A DNA stretch of 64,000 bases from Octopus sinensis (GCF_006345805.1 NC_043010.1:8618001-8682000), one strand, 5' to 3'. Numbered from the stretch's first letter, positions 41,434-55,160 are shown. Notes: generated by a model not told the origin, from the letters alone. Program-made: numbers and translations.

Positions 41434-42319
41434 CAAAATTCTGAATTGCATTTTGATAACTTATTTTTTTGTTTTTTCTGTTGCTCTGAAATAAATCATT
41501 CTTTACCAATATTGTGTACTTTTGTGCAAATATATATTTTTTTAAAGTGTTTATTCGATCTGAAATTATGTATTGAAAAACATTTTTTTTTTTTTTTTAC
41601 AGTAAAGTGGTGTTTTATTTGTTAATTAGTAAATTGATAAACAGGTCATATAATTGATGATATATGAACAATAATATAATTAAAATTATATAAATGATAT
41701 AAAGAATGAGGTTATTTTTTGTTGAGTTAAATGTAAGAAATTATATTGATGACTTTACACATTTTTTGTTGTTGTTGCAGTGGGAAGTGAAGAATGAAAA
41801 GATGTTCTACCTAATTTAATTAATAAGAATAAAAATTATAATTGATGTAAAATAAGGGCACTAATCTTGATTTTTTCTTTATTCATTATTTTAGTTGGTT
41901 TATTTATTATTTTTGTGGGTGTTTGTTATATTTAGAATAATTTTGCTTTTTCTTTCTCTTACCATTTATTCCACTTTTGGTACAAGGACTTCCTTATGCA
42001 TTCTTATATATTGCTCTGACCGAGATCAATATATGGCGCCATCTTACAATGGAGATTGATCCCAAATAACTGGGTCCTGAAAGTCTTGTTCCCTGCTATG
42101 AGTAGGCCTATTATAGCAGGCAGAATCTGAATTCAATACACAAAGAACCGCATCAGATACCATGGAATGTCACATCTGATTTTCTAGAAATTCTATCTTG
42201 ACTGCTACTTTACTTATCAAACTCAAAAGGATGAAAAGCAGCGCTGACCTCAGTGGTACTTGAATCAGAGTACCAAGAGCCAGAACAACTGCTGTAAAAT
42301 ATTTTATCTGTTGCTTTAA

Positions 42320-42539
42320 CCCTTTCGTTACCAACCCGGCTGAAACCGGCTCTGGCTTTGAGTACAAATGTTTTGCTTTCATAAGTTTTGAACTAAAATC
42401 TTCCACCAAACCTTAGTCACAATTTATGTTCCTAACACTAGCTTAATGATAACTAAGTTATTTTACTAAATTCTTTGTTATATTTAAAGTAATTGAAAAA
42501 AACACAGAGCATCTCAAAATAAATACGGTAATGAAAGAG
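42320..42539 (+). mobile_element. piggyBac-type MITE family 2
   Basis: TTAA|CCCTTTCGTTACC...GGTAATGAAAGAG|TTAA. Confidence 0.82.
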
Positions 42540-42859
42540 TTAACAACCTTGTGAATTTGTCATTTTAGTTTCAAAGTCAGCTAAAACACCATCTGAAATT
42601 CTGAGATGAAAATTGATCATCATTATACACTGGTATAAAGTGGCAAAATAGCAGAATGACCTGCTTGTGGGACAAAATGCTTAGTAGCATTCCTTCTGAC
42701 TCATTACGTTCTGAGTTCTAATCCTACTGAGATGAACCTTACTAATCATCTTTTCAGGATGGAGTTGGTGGGGTGGAGAGAGTCGATAAAATAAGTACCA
42801 GTTAAGTCCTGGGGGTCAATTATTTATCTTCCCTTAAAGTTGCTGGACTTGTACCAAAG

Positions 42860-43100
42860 TTTAAATTCATTACTACACACTGACATATTTGAATTTGTGT
42901 CCTCCTCTTTGTTGTTGTTATAATCATATTTTGACCATTGTATTTCCCAACTTTCTTCAGATGTCTTTTGTATTTGGTAGCATTCTTGGAATTTCAGTTG
43001 GAACTCTTTATTTAATCCACAGGTAAGGATAGTCTTATTCCATTGTCTGCTAGAAAGGTTTTCCAATTAGTTATGTACCCCCATGTGATGTTACTTGCTG
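42860..43100 (-). mobile_element. Old retroelement 3' remnant with a heavily decayed hammerhead-like motif
   Basis: Minus strand: CAT CTGAAGA A AGTTG GGAAATACAA TGGTC AAAAT ATG then acaacaacaaagaggaggac. Confidence 0.4.
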
Positions 43101-43400
43101 CATCAATGAGAGTATATATCAGTGTACAAATCATTTTTATGTTGGTATAAGGCTAACAATTTTGAGGGGAAAAAAAGCAAGATTATTACATCAACCCCAG
43201 TACTTGATTGGTACTTTATTTCATTGACTCCAAAAGATAAACAGAAAAGTTGACGTCAGCAGGATTTGAACTCAGAACACAAAGAGTTGGAAGAAATGCC
43301 ATTAAGCATTTTATTCCACACGCTAGTGATACTGCAAGCTTGATGTCATTATATCAGTGCATAACAAAGGCAGGACTTTATATAAAAATATTAACCAACT

Positions 43401-43830
43401 ATAGGCGCAGGAGTGGCTGTGTGGTAAGTAGCTTGCTAACCAACCACATGGTTCCGGGTTCAGTCCCACTGCGTGGCATCTTGGGCAAGTGTCTTCTGCT
43501 ATAGCCCCGGGCCGACCAATGCCTTGTGAGTGGATTTGGTAGACGGAAACTGAAAGAAGCCTGTCGTATATATGTATATATATATATATATATATGTGTA
43601 TGTGTGTGTGTTTGTGTATGTGTGTTTGTCCCCCTAGCATTGCTTGACAACCGATGTTGGTGTGTTTACGTCCCCGTCACTTAGCGGTTTGGCAAAAGAG
43701 ACTGATAGAATAAGTACTGGGCTTACAAAAGAATAAGTCCTGGGGTCGATTTGCTCGACTAAAGGCGGTGCTCCAGCATGGCCGCAGTCAAATGACTGAA
43801 ACAAGTAAAAGAGTAAAAGAGTAAAAAGAG
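43401..43830 (+). mobile_element. Young SINE-A of the same subfamily as the six-headed copy
   Basis: Shares gctaaccaacc, ggcatcttggg and ctgctatagccccgggccgaccaatgcc with 33497-34530. Confidence 0.95.
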
Positions 43831-45149
43831 CAACACTTGAACAAATCTCTCAGTTTTCCACCTTTATTAGAAATTTTTATTAACACCTCCGTCAAAATCA
43901 GTGAACTTGTCAGGGTGTGATGGCAGACTTCATTTTCAGAAGTAACTGATAAACATATCAAAGAATTGAATAAATTATTAAAAGTATTTGTGTTTATCAT
44001 TTTAATTGATTAAAAAAAAAATATAAATAAACATGACTAACTACAATACAATACAATATTTCTGTAACCATGTTCTTTGACTTTCAATGATAGTACCCTC
44101 ATGTCATATTTGGTTAGAATCCAATATCTGAGGAATCTGGTGTCCTTCCACATCAGCAACTTTTACAACATAGCAAGATTTCTAGAAGAGTTCAATGTTT
44201 AATTGCTGTGAAGAATGAAGAATGTAATGTAACAGACCCTTGTCTTTTAATGCAGCAAATCCTTTAGAGAGAAGGACCTCATGCCTTGTGGTATTTGCTC
44301 TCTGAATTCAAAACCTGCCTTTCAGTCTTTTGGGGTTGATAAAATGAAGTACCGGCCCATGGCAGCGGATTGGTGGGACTGTTTGAGTACAAACAAGATG
44401 CCTTGTGGTATTTGCTCCAGCTCTTTGCATTCTGAGTTCTTGGGTGGCAGACTTAATCTATCACCTATTGTAACACCTCCACGTCGTCCTTGGGTGCCTT
44501 TAGCAGCATTCACTCTGTTGCAAGAATTCAGGCCAGGTCATTGGTTTGAGAATATCTTTCTCCCTTACTCCTACCAGTCTTGGAGGTTCTGAAACAAAAA
44601 AATAAAGGGTCATGGGTACTGCCCTTCCCACCATAGGTAAAAGGTTAAAAAAAAATTTTAAAAAAACAGGAAAAAGTCTAAGAATAAGAAAGATAAAGTC
44701 GTGTGGTTATTTTGGCTCAGACAATGGGAAAGGACAGAAAATATAGGATTCTTCAACCTTCACAGCAACTGCATTATCAAAATCTTCCAAGTTTATACCC
44801 TGATCTATAACTACCAAAGTTAATTTTCCATTAGTAATTAAAAAATTTATTTTGAAATTTGCCTAATGAGGATTATTTTGTATTATCTGTAAGTGTTTCT
44901 AAATCTGTTAATCGTAGTAAATCTTACTAATCTTACCTATGAAGAGTGTAAAATACCTGAGCTTATGATCAGCAGTTTTTTATAGTCCTTCTTACAATGT
45001 ATGGTCCTTGTTAGTATACTTATGTGAGAGACACTTGTAAGCAATGTTATCTAAACTTATTCCTTCCTTGACAACCTTGACAACCTTGTAATAATCGTTG
45101 ATGTATTCAGATTTAATCCCATGCCATAACAGTTCACTCTTTTCATTGT

Positions 45150-45202
45150 TATGCATATATGTATATATATAAATATATAATATATAAATATATAAATATA
45201 AA

Positions 45203-45246
<44 letters not shown>

Positions 45247-45255
45247 TATATATAT

Positions 45256-45302
<47 letters not shown>

Positions 45303-45314
45303 ATATATATATAA

Positions 45315-45375
<61 letters not shown>

Positions 45376-45377
45376 TA

Positions 45378-45449
<72 letters not shown>

Positions 45450-45465
45450 GCATATATATATAATC
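45150..45465. repeat. (TA)n tract
   Basis: Direct. Confidence 0.98.
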
Positions 45466-46342
45466 TAGAATTTTAAAACATTCTCTCTTCAATAATGGAA
45501 ACCACTTTTACTTAATGGTGGAATGCACTCAGTGTCAGAATCCTCTTCCATAGGTTTCATTTTTCTCAGTGCATTTTATAGTCAATTGGTAGAAGTCAAG
45601 CACACACACAAGGGGACAGAGAAAGTGCTTCAAAGTTACACTCAAGGCCTTACAGAAGTTCTTTCAGATCAACCCCCAATACCTAGGAAATACAGCCACA
45701 AGGCCACCCTGCCTGGTGTAGCTGCACCTATGAACCTCCTATGAACAGAATAGGATTGCAGGAGCACAAGAAAAATGTGAGCTGTGCAAGTTCAAAGCCA
45801 ACCCCTTGCCTTCGTTCCCAGCTTTGGTCTGATTGGCCACAACTGGATGCACCATGACCCATCTTCTTGTCCCATGTGATGTCCTGGTCTTCATCAAAAT
45901 CGACTGATGAACATTATTATTACTAAGAGACTCTAAACAGACACACTAAATGTGGGTGATGAGAGAAAGGGAGACGATTAAGTAAAAAATGTCTTAGTGA
46001 AGGTGACATGTGACAAATAAGCTCTGAGGGGCAGAGGCTACGGTAGTCATGTTTGAAAAGGCGGAATGAGGTAACAGCATTTTAATAGGGTCACAATGTT
46101 TTGGCAAGTGACTTCATGTCATTCTGTCGAGTGAACATTTTTCTTAGATGCAATTTCATTTAACTGTGTAAATAACAGCATTCCACCACCAAGATATTCC
46201 TCACCTGGAATAGCAGTTGAGCAGTCCATAACAGAGACATCAGACTAACATTCCTCTACTGGGAACATACAACAGTCTAATATTCCACTACAGAGATACA
46301 GTAGAACTTCACAGTACGAGTCCACCATTGTATGAGTGTATG

Positions 46343-46574
46343 AGGTGGCGAGCTGGCAGAAACGTTAGCACACCGGGCGAAATGCTTAGCAGTATTTCGT
46401 CTGTCGCTACGTTCTGAGTTCAAATTCCGCCGAGGGTGACTTTGCCTTTCATCCTTTCAGGGTCGATAAATTAAGTACCAGTTATGCACTGGGGTCTATG
46501 TAATCGACTTAACCCCTTTGTCTGTCCTTGTTAGTCCCCTCTGTGTTTAGCCCCTGGTGGGCAATAAAGAAATA
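46343..46574 (+). mobile_element. SINE-B
   Basis: TSD-like TGTATGAGT at 46329-46337 and 46575-46583. Confidence 0.92.
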
Positions 46575-46720
46575 TGTATGAGTAATTTGCTATACAAGCT
46601 GAGACTTGTGTGAATTTTTGTCTTGAAGTATAAGCAGAAATTTGCAGTATGAGAACACAAACCATCCCATCTTTAAGGTAACTCAGTTAATAAAACCAAT
46701 TTAGATATTTCTTTTGCATT

Positions 46721-46832
46721 CTGATGGCTTCGACACATTTTTTTTTTCCTGTGTCCTTATATATTTATGAAGGGGTCCCCTTCGTAATTATATAAGGACA
46801 CAGAGAAAAAAAGAATGTGTCGAAGCCATCAG
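46721..46832. other. Near-perfect 112-bp palindrome (55/56-nt arms)
   Basis: Arms centred on ggggTcccc pair with one mismatch, one bulge and two G-T pairs. Confidence 0.95.
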
Positions 46833-47049
46833 GAAGCGTTGATGCTTCCTAGGGCTAAACAGCGGTGGTGTAATCCCCTACTGTCACGTTAAATTGACAG
46901 TATACAACCATTCTATCGCCCCACCACCGTACATATCTCTATGAGATATTTAGAAATTTAATATATTTCTGATTTTGCATTCTCTTTTTTATAATTGTCA
47001 TTTTACTTGTAACTACACCTATTCTGTTTCAAAACCCATAAAAAATTAT

Positions 47050-47190
47050 TTTCGAGTGGTTTTGGTGGGCTGGAACAGATTAATTATATTTTAGTTAATT
47101 TCAAGAAAGAAAACTGATTTGTAAAATAAGTAAATTGTAAGAAAAGCTTGGTCATGGAACGAATTAAACTCATACTAGGAGGTACCACTG
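47050..47190 (+). mobile_element. Tigger/pogo-like right end
   Basis: gggctggaacagattaat...ggaacgaattaaactc...gaggtaccactg|TA. Confidence 0.55.
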
Positions 47191-48034
47191 TACTAGTCTG
47201 ACATTTCAATACCAACACACCAGTCTTACACTACTCTGCTAACAAACCATACTACTCTACAAAAAGTCATTGACATGAAAGAAATAGCAGTTAAAATTTT
47301 CTCAATTCATACTCCATCACCATCTTTTTTTTTTAAAAAAGGAAAAGGTACATCAGTTAATATAGTCCTAGATAAATCCAAACTGATGAAATAGACATGT
47401 CTGGAATACCTTTGATCATATACCTCCACAGTCATGGCAACAACAACAACAACAACAACAAAGACAGCAATGAAGATGCTGACTACTGCTGCTACTACTA
47501 CTACTACTAGCAATAGTAGTAGTAGTAGTAGCACTACTACTACTACTACTACTATCGCTTCCACTGCTGCTGCTGCTGCTGTTACTACCCAAGGACATCA
47601 TTCAACTGAGAAACTTAACAGCAAGTATTATTGGTTCCGAGCTAAATGTCTAGTAGAAACGGTGTGTGCTGACTAGAGAAAGGCATTCTTAGTTATCATT
47701 CATAATATTCCATACCTTAACAAGTTACATGCAATCACCACAAGCCAGTGATAGGATCTCCATGTGGTCGTTCGACCTTTCAGAAATAGCAGAAATAGAA
47801 ATCACGCTCAAATCTTACTTAGACATCTTTAAAAAAACGTTGGCAAGAACACGTTTGATATGGTAGTTTAAAATGATCTATGTCTATAAAAACAGTATGA
47901 TCATGATTGAGATGCCTTTGATCTTAGATCTGCTTGATTAAGACTGCCTTGAGGCTAAACAGAGGTGTTAATAACAATTACTAATGGCTCTTTCCCAGGG
48001 TCACCCGATGTTTTAGAAATAATCTTTAATATTC

Positions 48035-48311
48035 TACTTGTTTCAGTCATTAGACTGCGGTCACGCTGGAGTACTACCTTCAATTCTTGGTCAAATGAAT
48101 GAGCCACCCAGTACGTATTTTTTAAGCTGGATATTTGTTCTATTGGTCTCTTTTGCCTAACCACTAAGTTACGGGGATGCAAACACACCGACACCAGTTG
48201 TCAAGTGGTGGTGGTGGTGGGAGGGACAAACACATATATATCTATGTGTGTATGTCTTTGTGCTTAAATTTGTCCCACTACCATATATATATATATATAT
48301 ATCTATATATA

Positions 48312-48381
<70 letters not shown>

Positions 48382-48625
48382 ATTATATACATATATATAT
48401 ACATACATATATATATATATACATATATATATTATATATTATATATATATATACATAACAGGCTTCTTTCAGTTTCTGTCTACCGAATCCACTCACAAGG
48501 CTTTGGTCGTCCTGAGGTGAAAGTTGAAGACACTTGCCTAAACAAGGTGCTATGCAGTGAGAGTGAACCTGGAACCTTGTGGTTGGAAAGCAAGCTTCTT
48601 ACCACACACCCATACTTGTACCTAT
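48035..48625 (-). mobile_element. Degenerate SINE-A with an expanded (TA)n tract
   Basis: Tail, body and head recognisable. Confidence 0.8.
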
Positions 48626-50619
48626 AGTAAGCAAAATTCCCTCAGATCTTTAGTCTTAGGTCTGTCATGAGCCACCAAATTAATCAGAACTAAGATTATC
48701 CCAGTTTCTATGACATATAAGCTATTGAAAGTACAAGACTTCTCTCTGAATAGGATGTTAGTCCATCACAGGGTTAAAACCTCTGAGCTGTTGCCGATAT
48801 TCATTTGATTCAGAACGTAAAACTGACTCTTGAACAGGACACCAAACTGTTGCTGGCTTAACTCTGCATTACTCCCAAGTTGTTGGTGATCCTCATTTCA
48901 CTGAGAATACGAGACTATCCTTGAATAGAACACCAGTCCTTTGTAAGGTCAACCCTTTGACCTTCCCCACCAGAGACTGTTGCTGGTGTTCCTTTTCAGC
49001 TGAGCAAACTTGTTGAACAGGAAATTGAGTATTTTACCCAAGGAAATTATTTGGTGCTCAGTCTGGGAATTGAAATCTTAACCTTTATGATCAGGAGTTC
49101 ATCCTAGCCTAAAGGCCACAGAACTTCACAAATCTGCTATCTTCAGATCTTAAGAATAAGAATGTCATATTAAATAAAATAAAGTTGCCTTACATACACC
49201 AGACCTGACAAGAAAGCAGGTCCTGCCATAGCTAGAAAGCTTTTTGTCATAGGACTATTCGAACAGTGTTGACCTAGGGCTAAATACCTGTAGCAACAAA
49301 ATCTGTCAAATGATTAGTAGTTCGACACTCCATGGGTGTGACACTTGATTGTTTAATCCTGATGACCAATATGAAAAATAGAAAGGAAGAATATCTTCTA
49401 TTTGTGAATGAAATCTTCAGGAAGCAATCTTTAGAGAAATGACAATTTTATAAAATATATGAAGGATGTAAATGGAAGATGAAGGTGAAGTTAAAGGGTG
49501 GATGGGAGCTGAATATGTTTTAGGTATGGGTCACACTTAATGAAATAAATAATGAGAATGAAAAAAAAAAAAAAAATTATTTGAGACAAAAAAAAATAAA
49601 TAAAATTACTGATATTTAATAATAAAAAATATATAAAAAACATTTTTTTTTTCCGTTTAATTCAGATTAAAAATTGGAAAGAAGTGAGTCAGAAATTACT
49701 TTGTCAGTCTATATCACGACATACTGAAATGGAGAGTGAAATAAATAGTAGATAGCAGTAGACAGCTTGATAGAGATAATTGATTAACAACAGAACAGAA
49801 TGGAATTAGTTTTACAGTAGCAGACGGTAGCCAAGGTTATCAATAGATATAACATCAGAGATATAGTTTTAGAGCTGTAGATATACTTGTGTGTGTGACA
49901 AAAGAAATCAGTTAATTTTTGGTGGAATGAGTTCACAAATTACTTTGATTTACGTTCAAGCCATTTCGGTTATGTTGCTGAAAATATTTTAGCGAGAGAA
50001 TAAATGTCACGGCTTCTCAACAAGAACAACAAGAACAACAACAACAACAACAACAACAACAAGATTCAGAGTAATAATGGCTTTGTGCCAAAATATATTT
50101 TGGTACCAGGCCAGCAATTCTAGGGGATGGAGGAAATCAGTTATATCAGCCCCAATACTTGACTGTTACTTATTTTAGCAATTCTGAGAGAATTAGTAAG
50201 CTACATCAACACTAGTTCTTTACTGGTACTTGTTTTATCAACCAAAGAGGGATGAAGAGCCAAGGAGCTTGCCACAGCAGGATTTGAACTCAAAACATAA
50301 AGAGCTGGAACAAATGTCATGTGGTATTTTGTCCAATGTTCTAATGTTTCTGCCAAATACAGGCCCAAATCTAGGAATTTGTGAGAAGGATATTAGTTAA
50401 GTGGTTCCCCAATGCATTTCTGTTACTTTAATTCACTGAATCCAGAAGGACAAAATACAAATGTGATCTTGGTGATATTTGAACTCATAAAATATAAAAA
50501 ACATGACTTGAGGATGTTAAAGCATTTTGTTTTATGTTTCTAATGATTCTACAACAATGCTCTATAAATTACATTAATTTATACATTTATAAATTAATTA
50601 CATTAAGTGACCATTCTTT

Positions 50620-51050
50620 AGAATATGACAACATACACAAAGACAGTGAGAAATCAAACCTAATATGCCAGATACTGTCATCAAAGGCTACAAGAAAAGA
50701 AGGATCTCTTATTTGAAGCATCTGTCTCAAAAGACAAAAAAATATATTGCTAAAAGAAATGCAGAAATTATTCAAATATAAAAATCAGGAAATAGAAATA
50801 ACTAAAATTTGAGGAACTAAAACCCAAAACAATCCCTATAATAATAGGGATTGTTTTTGTATCTCAAGATACCTATTAATAGAGGTACCTTGGGAATGGC
50901 TATAAAAGATGTGGACAGATTTAATCAGTACCCTGTAATTTACAGAAAGATGCCGAATATAACACCCTTAGGCATTGAACACATATTTTATAATGATTTA
51001 CCAATACAATTTACAGTACAACACCAAAACAAAACACTGTACATACTCAA
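50620..51050 (+). pseudogene. Decayed C-terminus of an R2/R4-type non-LTR element (restriction-like endonuclease region)
   Basis: Frameshifted translation IHKD..PDTVIK...KEMQKLFKYKNQEIEITKI*GTKT...LGM resembles the RPDIVI...KYxDLxxEIxxxW REL signature. Confidence 0.6.
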
Positions 51051-51199
51051 GACACAAAGGAGTCTGCATCATAGCAGAGTGAAAGGAAGCACTAAAATAA
51101 ACTCCTTAACAAGGGTTTCAAATTTTAACACAAGGCCAGCAATGTTTATAAGGGTAAGTGTGTTAGTTGATTAGAGTGCTCAAACGGTATTTATTTTAT

Positions 51200-51384
51200 T
51201 GACCCTTATTCACGCCATGTAAAATTAATCTTGCATCATTTCATGGCTTTGAGATTTCAATGATGTGATTGTTTATTTTTAAAATGACACAATAAGGTAG
51301 CTATGAATGACCATATCTGACTAGTTTGGACATAAAATAGGTAGAATATTTTGGCCGGATATGGCCGGTTTAAACACTAAAGGG
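51200..51384 (-). mobile_element. piggyBac-type MITE family 1 (partial) inside an old SINE-B
   Basis: ggccggatatggccggtttaaacactaaaggg|TTAA. Confidence 0.75.
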
Positions 51385-51748
51385 TTAAAGAATGAAAGGT
51401 AAAGATGACCTTGGCAGAATTTGAATGCAGAACATAATGAATCAGGAGAAAAGCTGTTGAGCATTTTGTGTTGTGTACAAATGATTGTGTCAGTTTGTTA
51501 CCTTAAACTACTGAATAATAATAACTATAGGGAATTCTTCGACTGGTTACAAAGTTCCAAGACTTTGGGGACAGCACAAAGGTGACATAGAAATGGAATC
51601 AACAAACAAGAAACAACGAGGTTAAGGTTAAAAAAGGTGAGATGACTAAAAGAATAAAAACACATTAATAAACAATAATGGATTGAAATAAAAATATAGG
51701 GCAACAAAATAATTATGAGAAAGGAACCCCAGAATAGTTAAAACAACC

Positions 51749-53829
51749 AATGAGCAATGAAGGTTACATTCTCTAACTACTATGCTTTCTGAGCATAGTG
51801 GCCAGAATAAGAATATAGGGGAAAAAAGTTCAGGGAGATCTTATTGCTGTTAGTGACAAAAGGATTCCCTCTCTAAATGAAGCACAGGTTGTACAGAGAT
51901 ATGTTAGGCTACCCCAAACAGAAGTTGCACCAAAAGAAAATGCAAGTTTACAATCAGATAATTTAAGCTTGTATAATCATATCAATTTTACTACTCTACA
52001 TCTAGTCTATGCTATAAAGTAGTTGATAACAAGAATAAGGAAGACACATAGGTCAAAATTATGTTGAAACATTCGCAGCAAAGATTAACTGATTTCATTC
52101 AGGTATTGTTTTGTGCCATATGGTAAAAGACTGTAATAAGTGTACAAACACTGTGAGACACATCAAACCCATGCCAGTATGAAAAAAGGTTCCAGACCCT
52201 ATGATGGTAAGAACGATTGGGTCCATGCTGTTGATACATCTAACGTTACAGTTTTCCATTCTGAAACTAGTATTATATGAATATTCCTTGATTTTACTCA
52301 GTTCTGTGAGTAAAATTAAACTCAATTTGATTTTTAGTTGTTGATTTTTACCAAGAAAACATCTAAAAATATGAGTAGGTAACAATAATAAAAAATGTTA
52401 TTCTTTAATTCTATATTTATTTATATTCTTTCTCTTTTATTTTTTATTTTTTATAACAGTAACAAATGTGTCTGCTATGTTACTTTCCATGAAATATTTA
52501 GAAGATTAACTGTTGCCATCAGTACAGGAAAATACAGATGATGAAAGTAGAAGAGTTTAGACTAAAATGTAGATTATAAAAGATGATAGCTTAGATAAAA
52601 TGCAGTTTTGGTTTGTGCTTGGATGGGATAAATCTAATGTCTTCTTTCTAGTGAGATAAACCACAGAAGTTCTAAGCAAAAACAAGCCACTATGCCAAAC
52701 ATTCATTGATCTGGAGAAGGTTTTTGATTGGATATCAAACTCTGTAATCTGGTGATCTTTAAGAAAACCTGGTTAGAGATGATTGGTTTGGGAGAGCCAT
52801 GTGTCATGTATAGAGAGGCTGTTTGCAAGATGAGAGTTTTAACAAAGTGTTTAGTGAAGAATTTAACAGTGGCGTGGTTCCCAGCCCACTTCTGTTTATT
52901 AAGTTCTTCAAGGAGTAACAGTTGAATTTTTAAAAAACCTGCTGACTATGGAAACTTTTCTGTGTACTGTCTATTAACTGATAACCTAAATCTCATAGCT
53001 GAACCTGTTGATGAAGCAGAGAATAAATTCCAGGTGTAAAATTAAAAGCTTATAGCCAAGAGTTCTGTTAGTAAACCTATGAAAAACATGAGATTTTGTT
53101 AGCAGTAAAGAAAGATAGGATGTTATTGCCATCTGGAAAGTAGTCATGTGTAACAGGTAACAGGTAAGAATTCTACATTGTATCTTCTAATTGTTGTTTG
53201 TTGTTTGTTCCTTCTCGAGCCATGCCTGGCTCATAAGGGTCGGTTTCCTGGTTTCTTGGCGTATAGGTTCCCCACCTGGACGGGACGCCAGTCTGTCACA
53301 GGTGAGCTGCAAGATGCAGGAGGAAAGAGTGAGAGAAAGTTGTGGTGATAGAGTCAGCAGAAGTTTCACCATTACCTTCTACCAGAGCCGCGTGGAGCTT
53401 AGGTGTTTCGCTCATAAACAGACACATCGTCCGGTCTGAGATTCGAACCCGTGATCCCTTGACCGCGAGTCAATTGCTCTAACCACTAGGCCATGTGCCT
53501 CCACAACATTGTATCTTCTATGTATACTATGGATACACAAGGAGTGCAGTGGAATCATACGCAAGATGATAGAGAAGAAAAAGTATTTATGTAGATGTGC
53601 AAGAGTAGTTTATAGTAAATGCACTAATGAAATAAATTATTCGAAATACTACAGGGTTTAATTTCCATTAAGTCAGTGAGCTAATGAGCAATGAAGGTTA
53701 CATTCTCTGACTACTATGCTTTCTAAACATAGTGGCCAGAATAAGAATATAGGGGATAACAGTTCAGGGAGCTCTTATTGCTGTTAGTGACAAAGGGATT
53801 CCCTCTCTAAATGAAGCACAGGTTGTACA
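51749..53829 (+). repeat. 147-bp dispersed direct duplication (51749-51895 and 53683-53829)
   Basis: 7 differences in 147 nt by manual alignment; copies 1934 bp apart. Confidence 0.95.
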
Positions 53830-54330
53830 ATGCATGAGAATAAAGGGGATGGTAATGTAACATAAGTACTAAATGCCAATACTGTGTGAAAGCTAGAACG
53901 AAATAAAGGGAGCATGTTCCAGAGAACGTGTAAACTTAGTGCATGTAAATGATGGAATACAAATGAGCTAAGAAGAGGAACTAGGTATCAGAAAATTTAG
54001 TTGCAATGTGCAAGAGAGAAAATTGAGTTTGTATGGACTATGCAATTTATATGGAGGGTGTTTGTTTGGAAAGGAAGAAGCAAGCGACCTGGATGGAAGG
54101 GATCTTTGGAAGGAAAAGACCAAAGAAGGAATGAAAAAAGTGGTTAAAGCTGACATTAGGATGCTGAACCTCGTGAAGATAATAAGGGATTACTACACGT
54201 GCTGAAACATTCAGATGGAGAAGATTCAGCCGGTTTGTGCTAATATAGAATGATGGACACAAAATGAATGTTGTTGAGAATGATGATAATGATGATGATC
54301 ATGATGAGGACGACGATGATGATGATTATG
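52560..54330 (+). pseudogene. Decayed RTE-clade LINE (RT domain to 3' end)
   Basis: LDKMQF..FV; NKPLCQTFIDLEKVFDW (FxDLEKAFD motif); C-terminal LGIRKFSCNVQERKLSLYG and KVVKADIRMLNL; (GAT)n tail. Confidence 0.8.
53190..53505 (-). mobile_element. SINE (C-type body, tail-3 variant) inserted in the RTE remnant with a 15-bp TSD
   Basis: ACATTGTATCTTCTA at 53175-53189 and 53506-53520. Confidence 0.93.
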
Positions 54331-54364
54331 TCTCATTTAATGGTTTCAGTAGACAGTTAAATCT

Positions 54365-54800
54365 GATGCTTGTGTGGCCCTGTGGTAAGAAGTTTGCTTC
54401 TCAACCACATGCTTCTGGGGTTGGTCCCACTGTATGACACCTTGGGAAAAGTGTCTATTACTATAACCTTAGGTCAACCAAAGCCTCATGAGTGGATTTG
54501 GTAGGCAAAAGCCAAAAGAAACACTTTTGATCTGGCAAGGTTTCTACAGCTGGATGCACTTCGTAATGCTGGATACCACTCTGAGAGTGCTGTAGGTGCT
54601 TTTTATGTGCCACCGACATGGGAGCCAGTCAGGTGGCACTGGCGTTGACCGTGTTCGGATGGTGCTTTTTACATGCCATTGGCACAGGAGCCAGTTGGGG
54701 GTGGGGGACTTGCATCAACCACATTCGAATCGTGCTTTTTACATGCCACCAGCACGGGGAGCCAGTCAGGTAGCACTGGCATCAGCCACAACTACAATTA
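54365..54800. mobile_element. SINE-A head (+) abutting a modular RTE-tail element (-)
   Basis: Head at 54365-54525; three gtgcttttt(a/g)c(a/g)tgcc modules at 54595-54750. Confidence 0.7.
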
Positions 54801-54806
54801 CCATTT

Positions 54807-54851
<45 letters not shown>

Positions 54852-54853
<2 letters not shown>

Positions 54854-55160
54854 CACGGGATCACGTGACCGACCAGGCTATCAGATGTTGCTACACATCG
54901 CTGGTTACAATGCGCTTTGCATTGTTTTAGCCTTCAAATGATGCCACCCTGCTGGCTAAGTGAGCAGGCCAACAGAAGAAAGAGGGAGAGGAAGTTGTGA
55001 CGGAAGAGTACAACAGAGGTCGCCACCACGCCCTGCCGGAGCCTCATGGAGCATTTAGGTGTTTTCACTCAATAAACACACACAACGCCCGGTCTGGGAA
55101 TCGAAACAGTGATCCTTCGACCGTGAGTCTGCTGCCCTAACTACTGGGCCATTGCGCCTC

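Noticed and set aside
42010-42135. Two hairpins (GATCAAT/ATTGATC; CCTGCTAT/ATAGCAGG) as a possible H/ACA snoRNA
   Set aside because: No ANANNA hinge box and no correctly placed ACA box.
45500-46330. Moderately GC-richer unique block with short protein-like frames
   Set aside because: No frame gives a recognisable domain or strong splice sites; left unassigned.
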